Part shown: positions 34,694 through 43,676 of the stretch, in pieces
Numbering within the stretch: position 1 is the first letter of the stretch
How the letters are laid out: every line of letters starts with the position of its first letter
DNA from: Chthoniobacterales bacterium
Lineage (GTDB): Bacteria > Verrucomicrobiota > Verrucomicrobiia > Chthoniobacterales > UBA6821
NCBI GenBank assembly: GCA_049314455.1
Contig: JBMOFC010000005.1
Coordinates: forward strand, 5,095-69,094
Length of the DNA stretch: 64,000 nt
Reading direction: 5' to 3'
Notes under the pieces: model-generated
The model's database searches: none
What the model was told of the DNA's origin: nothing
What the model saw: the letters and a program-made list of their open reading frames with translations, nothing else
Position numbers and translations under genes: made by a program

Positions 34694-36541
34694 ATGAAAA
34701 AATTTTTTCCACGCAATCTTATTGAAACAAGAGCTCTCATGGCCCCCTTGAGATTACTATTAACTCTTGCTGCAGTAGTCGCCACCTCCTTCTTGCTCTC
34801 TGGCATAAGTAGTGCCGCTGCCAATACTACGCCTACTTCGAATTCTCCTACTGAGAAGGCAGATGCCTCTTCAACCGAGCAAGGAGAAGAGGGGGATGAT
34901 GATGTGTCGACTCTTGCAGATCAGAGCAAAATAGATAACTCTCTCTACACTACGGGAGAGTACCTGCCATTAATGCAAGAGTTTGCAGCAACCGATGAAG
35001 GACATGAATTGCTTTATCATGAAAAGACCATGAAAGAACTGATCGTTTGTGAGAAAGCGGAAAAGAGATGGGTTTACCATCTTGCAGATCCAAAGGTTGA
35101 AAATCAGGTGATGACGGGCGTTCATCCCGAGGATCTGTTTCTACTTTTGGATTTGATAAATCAGAATTCCTCAGGCAACTACTATGTTGATCTCCCAAAG
35201 CATCAAGAGCTCTGCACGATGCTTCAAAAGAACCCAGAACTTTTTTCAAAACCGTTTGCTGAATGGACGAGTGATCTTGTAATGCCATCTAACCAAGCAT
35301 CTCAAGAAAGAGACTCTCAAGATCCTTTAGATGTCGTTTTTTATACAACCCAAGATTCTTCAAGAAAAGCGGTAGTGGCTGCTCATACATTTTTCCTATG
35401 TAATGAGAGCAGCCCACAGGTGGGCTTTCGATTTGTTCTGCGTTGTAATAATGCGATAAAGCGAACAGATTCCTCTTCCGGAGAAGAAAAAAATAAAAAA
35501 TTGCTCTCCTCGAAAGCTTCCACAGAAGGCGGAAAAACAGCTTCATCCCAGACTTCTAGCGATTCAACGAAGAAATCTTCCTTTTACTCTTGCTTCAACT
35601 CTATGATGTCCTCTTGCTCTGCTTCAAATGCAGCTGGGATGATTAATGGTGTCTTTGGAATGCCCCTCGTTTCAGGAGAAACGCTGGCCTTCATCGGAGG
35701 AATTGTAGAAGAAATCGTGGTAGGTGCCGTGGAAGGCGCTGTGATAACAGCTGCAGTAACAGCAGCTACCCCTATCTTAGGAACAGTAGCAGCTGGAGGA
35801 GGAATCGTCGAAGGAGTAGTAACGGCAACGAAAGCCTTAGTAGGTTTAGAAAGAGGAGCAGCAACAGCTGCGACTGTCGTCACTGACGCTACAACAGTAA
35901 CGCGAGAGGTTCATATTTTAGACGATGCCGTAACTGAAGGTCGTAACGCTGTCAAAAGTGGAGAAAAGTTGACTCACGACTTATCACTCAAAGAACCCGG
36001 ATCTCCTGGTAGCCCAAAAACAGATTTAGAAACGCCACACAGCGCGCAAGAACCAACCTCTGCTCGCTCTAATGATTCAGGCACTTCTACGCATTCGACT
36101 AGTGCGGACCATATAAGTTCACCTGTAAAAACAGCTTCGACCGATTCGATTTCGGGGAAAGTGGGTGAAAACCTGACTGATGAGGAATGGGAGGAACAAC
36201 TAAATAGAGAGCTGTTTGAAAAGGAACAACGGCTTGGAAGAGTGGGAGGGCGCGCTGTGATAGATGATTTAGCTTTAGCAGCGGAACATCCTGATCATTA
36301 TATGACGAGAGAGGAAGTTTATGCAGAAAGAGAGTTATATGCTAATACTTCCAAGGTTAGGCCTGTGCTTACTGACCGACTAACGCTCTCCAATGCTGAT
36401 AGACCCACCCAACAAGAGTTAGAAGGCATTTATAACCCCAATGCTAAGATGTACCCTTCTATTTCTAGTAATCATATGCAAAATGTAACATCTACTCCTA
36501 AATCTACCTGGTCTTGGCCATGGCCCTGGGGAAAGCGTTAG
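34694..36541 (+). CDS. hypothetical secreted/membrane protein (orphan) with an approximately 90-residue G/A/V/T-rich hydrophobic segment
   Basis: MKKFF..LLLTLAAVVATSFLLSGISSAAA N-terminal signal/anchor, S/T-rich linkers, and a GxxxG-rich segment at aa 318-406 of the track ORF. No domain recognised. Confidence 0.5.
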   Translation: MKKFFPRNLIETRALMAPLRLLLTLAAVVATSFLLSGISSAAANTTPTSNSPTEKADASSTEQGEEGDDDVSTLADQSKIDNSLYTTGEYLPLMQEFAATDEGHELLYHEKTMKELIVCEKAEKRWVYHLADPKVENQVMTGVHPEDLFLLLDLINQNSSGNYYVDLPKHQELCTMLQKNPELFSKPFAEWTSDLVMPSNQASQERDSQDPLDVVFYTTQDSSRKAVVAAHTFFLCNESSPQVGFRFVLRCNNAIKRTDSSSGEEKNKKLLSSKASTEGGKTASSQTSSDSTKKSSFYSCFNSMMSSCSASNAAGMINGVFGMPLVSGETLAFIGGIVEEIVVGAVEGAVITAAVTAATPILGTVAAGGGIVEGVVTATKALVGLERGAATAATVVTDATTVTREVHILDDAVTEGRNAVKSGEKLTHDLSLKEPGSPGSPKTDLETPHSAQEPTSARSNDSGTSTHSTSADHISSPVKTASTDSISGKVGENLTDEEWEEQLNRELFEKEQRLGRVGGRAVIDDLALAAEHPDHYMTREEVYAERELYANTSKVRPVLTDRLTLSNADRPTQQELEGIYNPNAKMYPSISSNHMQNVTSTPKSTWSWPWPWGKR

Positions 36542-36546
36542 GAAGT

Positions 36547-38196
36547 TCAAGTTATCCTTGTAGCGCTACGCATAGCGTTTCTAAGATGTCTGAACATAAA
36601 GTCTCCAATTGTTAATTCATCCCAGTTGCCAAGTCTTTGTCCTTTGGTTAATAATCCTGGTTTAGTGCGTTGAAGCCGCCAGCCCTGACCATTCAAAATA
36701 TCCCTGCGCTCAGCTGGAGTAGCAGCATTGTTTAACTTTTCTAACAATTGAGGAGTTATTTTAGAAAGTTCGTTGGTAAAAGTAGGAGAGTTAGGATTGA
36801 TGCGTCCATCTTCATCATCCTGTCCATTATAAAGTTTGATTTCATCATTAATAAGATTGCTATAGGTATTGATCATTAACCTGTATTCTGGATCCTCACA
36901 GTCTATAGCATCTTCTAAAAGAATGCCTAGGATAGCTCCTTGAGCTGTTTCCCCCACTGCCTCCACATCATCGGAATCAATAGTATCTTTCGTCTCACTG
37001 CCTAGAGGGGTCTTACTTAAGATTAAATAAGGAGTTTCAACTTTTTCCCCATCAGCAATTTTCATGGAAATAGGAAAGTGAAGCTCGCCCATAAGAATAC
37101 CAATCACACCGAAGTTTAGTTCTCCTTTTTGAGAGAGTCCATGAATCGCCTCAGCCATATACTTAGGGTTGGTTCCTCCCTGATCGAGTAATTTCCTGAT
37201 ACTGGAAGCCAGATTGTTCGTCTTTTCTACAGAGTCGAGAGGAGCTCCAGTTGTGAGCTTGCTTTGCGCTTCATACTCTTTCAGAAGTTTCACCGCGACA
37301 ATAGCAGCGTTCCCAGCTTGTTTAGGAGTATCAATGGCAATGTAAGAGATGAGCTTATTTTGAATGTTAGCATTCTCATAAAAATGGAGCAAAATTCCGG
37401 CAAGACGAGCAGGTTCATTTTCAAGTAAGTCTTTTAATTTCTCTCTGAGATCCGGAATATTTTTAACAACAGTGTTTATTTCCGTATCAGAGGTAATGTC
37501 ATCGAGCGAAGAAAAAAGCAGCTCTTCTATTTGATGCGGATCACCCTCAAGTAAGTCAGGTATTGAGGAGGTAGCTGATTTCAAGGATGAGCTGCTCGAC
37601 GATCGAAACAAACTTATAACGGGACCGTTATAAGGTAAAACATGCTCCGTTGTTGATAGATGCGATTCAGTTATAACGTGTTCTATTTTATGAGAACCGT
37701 CCGGACCTAAAAATGAATCGCTACTATTATGAGGTTGAGTTGCATCATTTGAAACTAGCTTGCTAGAAATATCACCCTCACCTGTGCTGCTTCCAGAAAG
37801 ATCTACGACGTGCAAATCTGACAAAGAAGAAACACTTTGATCAGAAGAAGTAGATAAGTTTCTATCAATTTTTCCATTTTCATTGAGAGCATCAAAAGCT
37901 GGTCGCTCACCATTATCACCATTATTTAAAAATCCCTCTGTTTTCGAAGATTCACTACTTCGAGAAGAAGGAAATGAGAGCCTCCTATTTAAGTTATGGA
38001 ATGCACTTCTTACGAGCTCTAGAGGTGATGTAAATTTTATAGATAATCCCAGAAAGTATTTTGTTGAGCCCTCATTTATTTTTGAGCCTTCGGATAAATT
38101 TGAAATGCTACTAGCTCGCTCGATCGTGTTCCTAGTTCCAGAGAAAAACCAGCCACGAAAATTGGGGCTCTTTCCAGTAACACCTGATTCGCTCAT
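36547..38196 (-). CDS. hypothetical protein (orphan) with an approximately 230-residue Ser-rich disordered N-terminal region
   Basis: Long uninterrupted ORF converging on the previous gene (5-nt gap). No domain recognised. Confidence 0.5.
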   Translation of the reverse strand: MSESGVTGKSPNFRGWFFSGTRNTIERASSISNLSEGSKINEGSTKYFLGLSIKFTSPLELVRSAFHNLNRRLSFPSSRSSESSKTEGFLNNGDNGERPAFDALNENGKIDRNLSTSSDQSVSSLSDLHVVDLSGSSTGEGDISSKLVSNDATQPHNSSDSFLGPDGSHKIEHVITESHLSTTEHVLPYNGPVISLFRSSSSSSLKSATSSIPDLLEGDPHQIEELLFSSLDDITSDTEINTVVKNIPDLREKLKDLLENEPARLAGILLHFYENANIQNKLISYIAIDTPKQAGNAAIVAVKLLKEYEAQSKLTTGAPLDSVEKTNNLASSIRKLLDQGGTNPKYMAEAIHGLSQKGELNFGVIGILMGELHFPISMKIADGEKVETPYLILSKTPLGSETKDTIDSDDVEAVGETAQGAILGILLEDAIDCEDPEYRLMINTYSNLINDEIKLYNGQDDEDGRINPNSPTFTNELSKITPQLLEKLNNAATPAERRDILNGQGWRLQRTKPGLLTKGQRLGNWDELTIGDFMFRHLRNAMRSATRIT

Positions 38197-38371
38197 AATA
38201 TTTTGGTAGAGGCTTCCTTATTTTTTTAGGAAGTAGTTAGTAATGGTTTTTAATCTGGGTTAACGTATTTTCGCTTTGTTAGTAGAAGAGATTTTTGCTC
38301 CAAAGCGCAAGCAGAAAGATTGCTCTGCACGCTTGTCTTTTTTTCATTATTTGTTAGACTTGGCAGCTATA

Positions 38372-39115
38372 ATGACTCTGCCTGATCCATCACCTAAGTA
38401 CCGCCGTATTGTTCTCAAAATTAGTGGTGAGGCGTTGCGTGAGCCAGGAAGTGCCGATACCGTTTCGCCACATATCGTACAACGCATGGCTCAAGAAATC
38501 GGTCTCGTTCGCAAGAAGGGAGTCCAAATTGCCGTTGTGGTAGGAGGCGGTAATATCTGGCGGGGCTTAGCGGCAAGTCATCGTGGCATGAACCGTGCCA
38601 CCGCTGATTACATGGGCATGCTGGCAACTGTCATCAATGGAATGGCCCTCATGAGTGCTTTGGAGGAGCTCGGATTTTCCACACGTGTTCAGACTGCTCT
38701 TCATATTAACCATGTTGCGGAACCTTTTATTTTACGCCGTGCCTTGCGCCATTTGGATAATGGTCATATCGTCATTTTTGTAGCCGGAACAGGAAATCCT
38801 TTTTTCTCCACCGACACAACGGCTGCACTACGTGCTAATGAAATCGGAGCAGAGATTATTCTTAAAGCCACAAAAGTCGATGGCGTCTATGACAGTGATC
38901 CTATGAAAAATCCGAGTGCCAAAAAATTTGAGCATATCACTTTTATTGAGGCTTTAGAGAATCGCTTGCAAGTCATGGATTCTACCGCCTTCAGTCTCTG
39001 TATGGATAACTCCATGCCTATCGTCGTTTTTAACATGTCAGAACCTAGCAACATCATGCGCGTTGTTTGTGGAGAGCAAATTGGGACGCTGGTGAGCAAC
39101 ACCCGTTCAGAATAA
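38372..39115 (+). CDS. pyrH: UMP kinase
   Basis: YRRIVLKISGEAL, VVGGGNIWRG, TVINGMAL and FVAGTGNPFFSTDTTAALRA motifs. Confidence 0.9.
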   Translation: MTLPDPSPKYRRIVLKISGEALREPGSADTVSPHIVQRMAQEIGLVRKKGVQIAVVVGGGNIWRGLAASHRGMNRATADYMGMLATVINGMALMSALEELGFSTRVQTALHINHVAEPFILRRALRHLDNGHIVIFVAGTGNPFFSTDTTAALRANEIGAEIILKATKVDGVYDSDPMKNPSAKKFEHITFIEALENRLQVMDSTAFSLCMDNSMPIVVFNMSEPSNIMRVVCGEQIGTLVSNTRSE

Positions 39116-39120
39116 CGGGT
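39101..39120 (+). repeat. family H hairpin containing the pyrH stop codon
   Basis: ACC CGT TCA GAA TAA CGGGT encodes T-R-S-E-stop. Stem ACCCGTT/AACGGGT. Confidence 0.7.
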
Positions 39121-39178
39121 AAGGCTACAGGTAAACGTTAGGTCTTCGAAAAAAATAATAACCCAAAAATAACAATCT

Positions 39179-39739
39179 ATGAGCGCCAAAGAAATTTCAT
39201 CAAAAGCAGAAAAAGAAATGGAAAAAATGATCGAATTCATGATGCATGAATTCGCTGCCATCCGCACAGGGAAAGCCTCCCCGATGCTCGTGGAATCAGT
39301 TGATGTTCACACCTACGGCAGTAGTATGAAACTCAAGCAACTCGCTCTGATCACCAGTCCAGAAGCTCGTTTGCTCGTGATTCAACCTTTTGATGCCGGC
39401 ACCTTGAAGGATATCGAAAAAGCCATTCTAGAAAGCAACGTGGGTATTACTCCCCTCATCGATGGGAAAGTAATCCGTCTTCGTATTCCTGAACTGAGCG
39501 AAGAACGCCGCAAAGATCTTGTTCGTACGATCAGCAAACTTGCAGAAGAAGCACGTGTCAAAATTCGCTCCAGTCGTCGCGATGCTATTGAAGCAGCCAA
39601 GAAGCTCGAGAAGGCTGGCACCATGACCGAAGATGAGCTCACACGTTTTGAAAAAGAGATTCAAAAAATCACCGATAAGTGTGTTGCGGAGATTGACCTG
39701 CATGTGAAGCACAAGGAATCGGAGTTGATGACGATCTAA
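39179..39739 (+). CDS. frr: ribosome recycling factor
   Basis: 186 aa with IRTGKASPMLVESV..V..YGS...L.QLA.I, a C-terminal coiled coil, and the conserved pyrH-frr order. Confidence 0.92.
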   Translation: MSAKEISSKAEKEMEKMIEFMMHEFAAIRTGKASPMLVESVDVHTYGSSMKLKQLALITSPEARLLVIQPFDAGTLKDIEKAILESNVGITPLIDGKVIRLRIPELSEERRKDLVRTISKLAEEARVKIRSSRRDAIEAAKKLEKAGTMTEDELTRFEKEIQKITDKCVAEIDLHVKHKESELMTI

Positions 39740-39868
39740 AAATCACTAAAAAAACCACTCGCTATGGATATCAACCCCACTATTACAAATGATTCATCCA
39801 TAGAAACTCAATCTCAACTACCATAAACGGCCTCTTCATCTTCTCAACACGTTAACACATCAGGAAAT

Positions 39869-41410
39869 TTGTTGGGAACACTTATTGAGCCAGCCGCAGC
39901 AGGCAGCTCAGAGGCTGTAACATCAGTTGCCTCTCCTTTTCACTTATCTGCTGCCTCTGGCACTTCAAAGATCACTGCTCCTGTTCAAAAACTCTCTCAA
40001 AGTGAGGCTCAAGAAATTAAAAATAATCTTTATTTTAGACAGCTCGTTGATGATTTTGACAATCGGCAACCAGAATTAGGAACTTTTTGTAGAGAACATG
40101 GTGCTTACGCGGTGGCGAGATATGCAAGCGCCTATGATGAACATAGTTTTAAAGAACCAGGAATGATAAGGACGCTTCAACATGCATCAACCGAGAGACG
40201 CGATGATTTTATATCAGATTGTTTAGAGTATCGAGAATCCGATACAGCTCATGATGAGCATGCTGGATATCTTGAATTTGAGCAATTGGTTGATCGTTCA
40301 CTTTCTGCTTCTAGCGCTTCGATATTTGGGGACCTTGAAAGGTTTTCCTTTCTCTGGGGTACCAATGCAGTGAAAAAACATGTGGCTAACTATCTTGAAA
40401 AGCACAGTCTAAAAAAAGAATTTCAGTTGCGTCTTAGTGAGTTTGTCTTAATTTGTTTAACATTCTCAACCTCAGGCCATATAACTGCGCTTGAGAAGTC
40501 TAATTTGTTGGATCTATATAAAAAAGCCCCCTCACCGGTCAGCGCTGTGTTAGCTCCTGTGGTAGATAAATTGGATGAATTAAGCCTTCATCACATGCAA
40601 AACCAAATAAGGGATGGTGCAGCTGATCTCAATCGCTGGAAAAATGATATTGATTCTATCCATCAAACAATAACAACAGCTTTAAGAGAAACCACAAGCA
40701 CTTTGGAGGAGATAACTCGTGAAGGAGAAGAAATCATAACTTCTTGTGAGCAGTTGAATCAAGAATACGAAGCAAAAGGCAATAAAGCACCTGTTGATGT
40801 CGAGAAGGTACAACAAGCCGTTAATGGTCTTCTTGCATTCCATGTAAAAGATCTCGGTGATGAAGAGCAACTCACTCTTTTCAATGAAGAAAAGGAATCC
40901 GCTTTATCTATTCTGAAATCTTTTGAAACATTAACTCCCCCTTCTAGTACAGCTCTACAACAAAAGGTTACGCAATTTTTAGAGAATTTTCAGCAATCTA
41001 AAGACCTTATTGCTACAACAGAAAAAATTGCAAAGGATGAAACTGATAAAGAATTGGCTATCGCTTTGGAGAAGCGCCAGAAAAATAGCAAAGATAGATT
41101 TAGCAGATCCCATAAAGTTGTGTTGCAGAATGCGTCTATTTTTGAACATCAATACCAAGAAGATAAAGAAATTTTATTAAGAAAGGCTTGCTCTGAGCGT
41201 GAAAATTTTTTGTTCAATGTAGCGAGCGTGCTAGAATATCAAGAAATATCAATGAGCTTAAAGGATACTGATTTTTTTAAAACTTACTTAGAAACAAAAA
41301 AAAACTTGCTTACAATTAAAGATGAGGTTCGTAAAGAATTACCTACTCTGGCAAGTCGATTACTAGAAACGTATCTTGCAGAAGCAGAAAGCGTTCAAAA
41401 CGATTCGTGA
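39869..41410 (+). CDS. hypothetical coiled-coil-rich protein (orphan); possibly a nonsense-interrupted gene starting at 39764
   Basis: ORF from a TTG at 39869. The same frame has ATG at 39764, 20 codons, then TAA at 39824-39826. Confidence 0.45.
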   Translation: MLGTLIEPAAAGSSEAVTSVASPFHLSAASGTSKITAPVQKLSQSEAQEIKNNLYFRQLVDDFDNRQPELGTFCREHGAYAVARYASAYDEHSFKEPGMIRTLQHASTERRDDFISDCLEYRESDTAHDEHAGYLEFEQLVDRSLSASSASIFGDLERFSFLWGTNAVKKHVANYLEKHSLKKEFQLRLSEFVLICLTFSTSGHITALEKSNLLDLYKKAPSPVSAVLAPVVDKLDELSLHHMQNQIRDGAADLNRWKNDIDSIHQTITTALRETTSTLEEITREGEEIITSCEQLNQEYEAKGNKAPVDVEKVQQAVNGLLAFHVKDLGDEEQLTLFNEEKESALSILKSFETLTPPSSTALQQKVTQFLENFQQSKDLIATTEKIAKDETDKELAIALEKRQKNSKDRFSRSHKVVLQNASIFEHQYQEDKEILLRKACSERENFLFNVASVLEYQEISMSLKDTDFFKTYLETKKNLLTIKDEVRKELPTLASRLLETYLAEAESVQNDS

Positions 41411-41466
41411 GTTTTTTTGATCACTAGCATTGTGATAGTGCTCAATAATATTATAGAATTTTTCTC

Positions 41467-41976
41467 ATGCTTTCTCGTTATGCAACTATATCCTTCGTTC
41501 TATGGGCGCTCTTATTTGGAAGTTTACTTCCATTACTCATGGCCACAGAGCCTTCTTCCGTCATAGCCCCTGCCCCCGATGTTGTATGGCATCAAGGAAA
41601 CAAGATCGAACACCTTTCTTCACTCAGGGGCAAGCCAGTCTTGATCCTCATCACCGATTCATCACGTAATCATGCCTTTCGTCACCAGCTTAGCGAGCTT
41701 CAAGGCCACTACGAACGCTTAGCGGCGCATGGATTGATGTGTCTTGTGGCCTTTACTCAAGAAGAAGGAGCTGTTCCCTCGAATATTCCCTTTGTCACGC
41801 TCTTAGATGGTGCAGCCGTAGCAAAGTCGTACAGTATATCGACTCCCTTCGGCCTTGCGCTTCTTGGCGCTGATGGGAATCTAGATTGTCAAAGCACACG
41901 TCCGCTTTCTGGACAACGCATCGATGATCTCATGGATGCCTCATATACGACGCAAGAGGCTATGCGTAGGCCTTGA
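41467..41976 (+). CDS. hypothetical secreted protein, possibly thioredoxin/redoxin-like fold without CxxC
   Basis: Signal/anchor sequence, then L..LRGKPVLILITDSSRNHAF where redoxins carry CxxC. Weak assignment. Confidence 0.35.
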   Translation: MLSRYATISFVLWALLFGSLLPLLMATEPSSVIAPAPDVVWHQGNKIEHLSSLRGKPVLILITDSSRNHAFRHQLSELQGHYERLAAHGLMCLVAFTQEEGAVPSNIPFVTLLDGAAVAKSYSISTPFGLALLGADGNLDCQSTRPLSGQRIDDLMDASYTTQEAMRRP

Positions 41977-42036
41977 GAAGATAATAACACAAAGAGCTTG
42001 ATGAGGTGGCTCAAGGTTGATAGGCATCATGGCGCC

Positions 42037-42984
42037 ATGTTTTTAAAAACTGAAAACTATCACTCCTCATTGCTCTGGGGGATAGATTTAGGTGGAACGA
42101 AAATCGAAGGAGTCATCATTGATCAGTCAGAGCCGCATAAGGCTCTTCATCGGCTTCGCATCCCGACAGAATCAGTCGAAGGAGCTACTCATGTTATTGG
42201 ACAATTACAACTTCTCGTCATGCGACTCGAAGAAGTTTCTGGAAGTAAACGACCTCGCACCATCGGCATTGGTGTTCCAGGAGTGGTGGATCCTTCTACG
42301 GGAATTTTTCGAGACTCCAACATTACGTGCCTCAATGGACGTTTCTTTCAAAAAGAACTCTCCGCAGCATTGGAATGCGATGCGTTGCTAGCCAATGATG
42401 CCAATTGTTTCGTGCTTGCAGAAGCCACACTGGGAGCTGCTCGCGGGCATCACGTCGTGCTAGGACTGATCCTGGGCACCGGTGTGGGAGGAGGAATTGT
42501 GGTTCATGGTCATTTGATCCCAGGTCTTCATGGAATCGCTGGAGAGTGGGGAAATAATGCCTTGAGTAGTGAAGGAGGTGCCTGTTATGAGAGCAAACGC
42601 GGGTGCAATGAAATGGTCCTCTCGGGCCCTGCATTAGAACAATTTTATAAAAATCTCACAGGAGAAAAAGTAGCACTGCCTGAGATCGTGCAACGTGCCA
42701 CGACTGGCGAAGATGCTGCGATACGCACGTTAGAACGCCTCCAAGAAAAATTTGCCGAGGCCATCGCCCCTGCTATTAACATCCTCGACCCCGATGCTAT
42801 CGTCATTGGAGGAGGCGTAGGAAATATTGATCTACTCTACGAAGAGACAACGCGTAGGAAAATCAGCCGCTATGTTTTTCAGGAATCTCTAAAAACCAAA
42901 TTTTTAAAACCCATCTTGGGAGATAGTGCTGGTGTCTTTGGTGCAGCTATGCTAGGGCTGGAAGGCAATCATGAAAATTGTTAA
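42037..42984 (+). CDS. ROK-family sugar kinase (NagK/glucokinase-like)
   Basis: LWGIDLGGTKIEG ATP-binding motif, NDANCFVLAE and GTGVGGGIV...GEWGNN motifs. Confidence 0.8.
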   Translation: MFLKTENYHSSLLWGIDLGGTKIEGVIIDQSEPHKALHRLRIPTESVEGATHVIGQLQLLVMRLEEVSGSKRPRTIGIGVPGVVDPSTGIFRDSNITCLNGRFFQKELSAALECDALLANDANCFVLAEATLGAARGHHVVLGLILGTGVGGGIVVHGHLIPGLHGIAGEWGNNALSSEGGACYESKRGCNEMVLSGPALEQFYKNLTGEKVALPEIVQRATTGEDAAIRTLERLQEKFAEAIAPAINILDPDAIVIGGGVGNIDLLYEETTRRKISRYVFQESLKTKFLKPILGDSAGVFGAAMLGLEGNHENC

Positions 42985-43033
42985 TGCAAAAATCCAAACA
43001 AAGAAATTAGAACGCCACCGCCCCTCTCCTCCA

Positions 43034-43119
43034 ATGTTGTGGGGGATTAATATTAGTGACACTAAAATTGAAGGGGCAATTATTAGTCAAAAAAAACCTA
43101 AAGAACCTTTTTTTACCTC
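43034..43119 (+). pseudogene. N-terminal remnant of a second ROK kinase gene, truncated by MITE A2
   Basis: MLWGINISDTKIEGAIISQKKPKEPF parallels LLWGIDLGGTKIEGVIIDQSEPHKAL of the intact neighbour. The DLGGT motif has degenerated to NISDT. The frame runs into the MITE and stops. Confidence 0.5.
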
Positions 43120-43343
43120 TAGAGCATTTTAAAAAATTCTGTAGTTGGGTGCATTGTCAGAATACGACCCGACGGGAGTCGGTCGGGCAGACTGCCGTTA
43201 GGCAGCCCAGCAAGGGCGAGGTGAGCTTCGCAAAGCGAGTCAAACGAGGAGCGCAGACCCGCAGTGTAGCCAGCGATACTCGAGGACACGAGCACCGGAG
43301 TGACAGTACAAGGAGCGGCTACAGAATTTTTTAAAATGCTCTA
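43120..43343. mobile_element. family A MITE (copy A2), TA-flanked
   Basis: TA-GAGCATTTTAAAAAATTCTGTAGTT...GGCTACAGAATTTTTTAAAATGCTC-TA. About 52 nt longer internally than A1. Confidence 0.85.
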
Positions 43344-43346
43344 AGT

Positions 43347-43651
43347 TTTGTAGTGAGCTCTGGTCCGATCACCTATGTGATCTGTTCTGAAATCTTCCCA
43401 CTCGCAGGACGCGACCTGGGCATCACTTTTACAATAATGGCAAGTTTGTTTTCCACCGCGGTGGTCGGCGGAACTTTTTGACCATGATCGATAAGATTGG
43501 AAGCGAGAAAACCTTTCTGACGTATGGTATCCTCCAGGCCTTCTTTCTGATTTTTTTCGTCTATTGTGTGCCAGAGACTCATGGCATCTCACTCGAGCGC
43601 CTCGAAAAAAACCTCCTTGCAGGCAAGCCACTTCGAAAAATTGGAAGTTAG
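43347..43651 (+). pseudogene. 3' remnant of a sugar-porter (MFS) gene, frameshifted
   Basis: FVVSSGPITYVICSEIFPLAGRDLGITF..VVGGTF / LTMIDKIGSEKTFLTYGILQAFFLIFFVYCVPETHGISLERLEKNLLAGKPLRKIGS aligns with the last ~100 residues of the intact transporter at 50200-51606. A 1-nt deletion in the T-run at 43475-43479 creates a TGA. Confidence 0.8.
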
Positions 43652-43676
43652 GCACCCCTTTAGGAAATCGGTACAG

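Noticed and set aside
43341-43655. Minus-strand ORFs of 104 and 69 aa.
   Set aside because: The real signal is on the plus strand, where there is clear homology to the C-terminus of the sugar porter at 50200-51606. That region is called as a pseudogene remnant.
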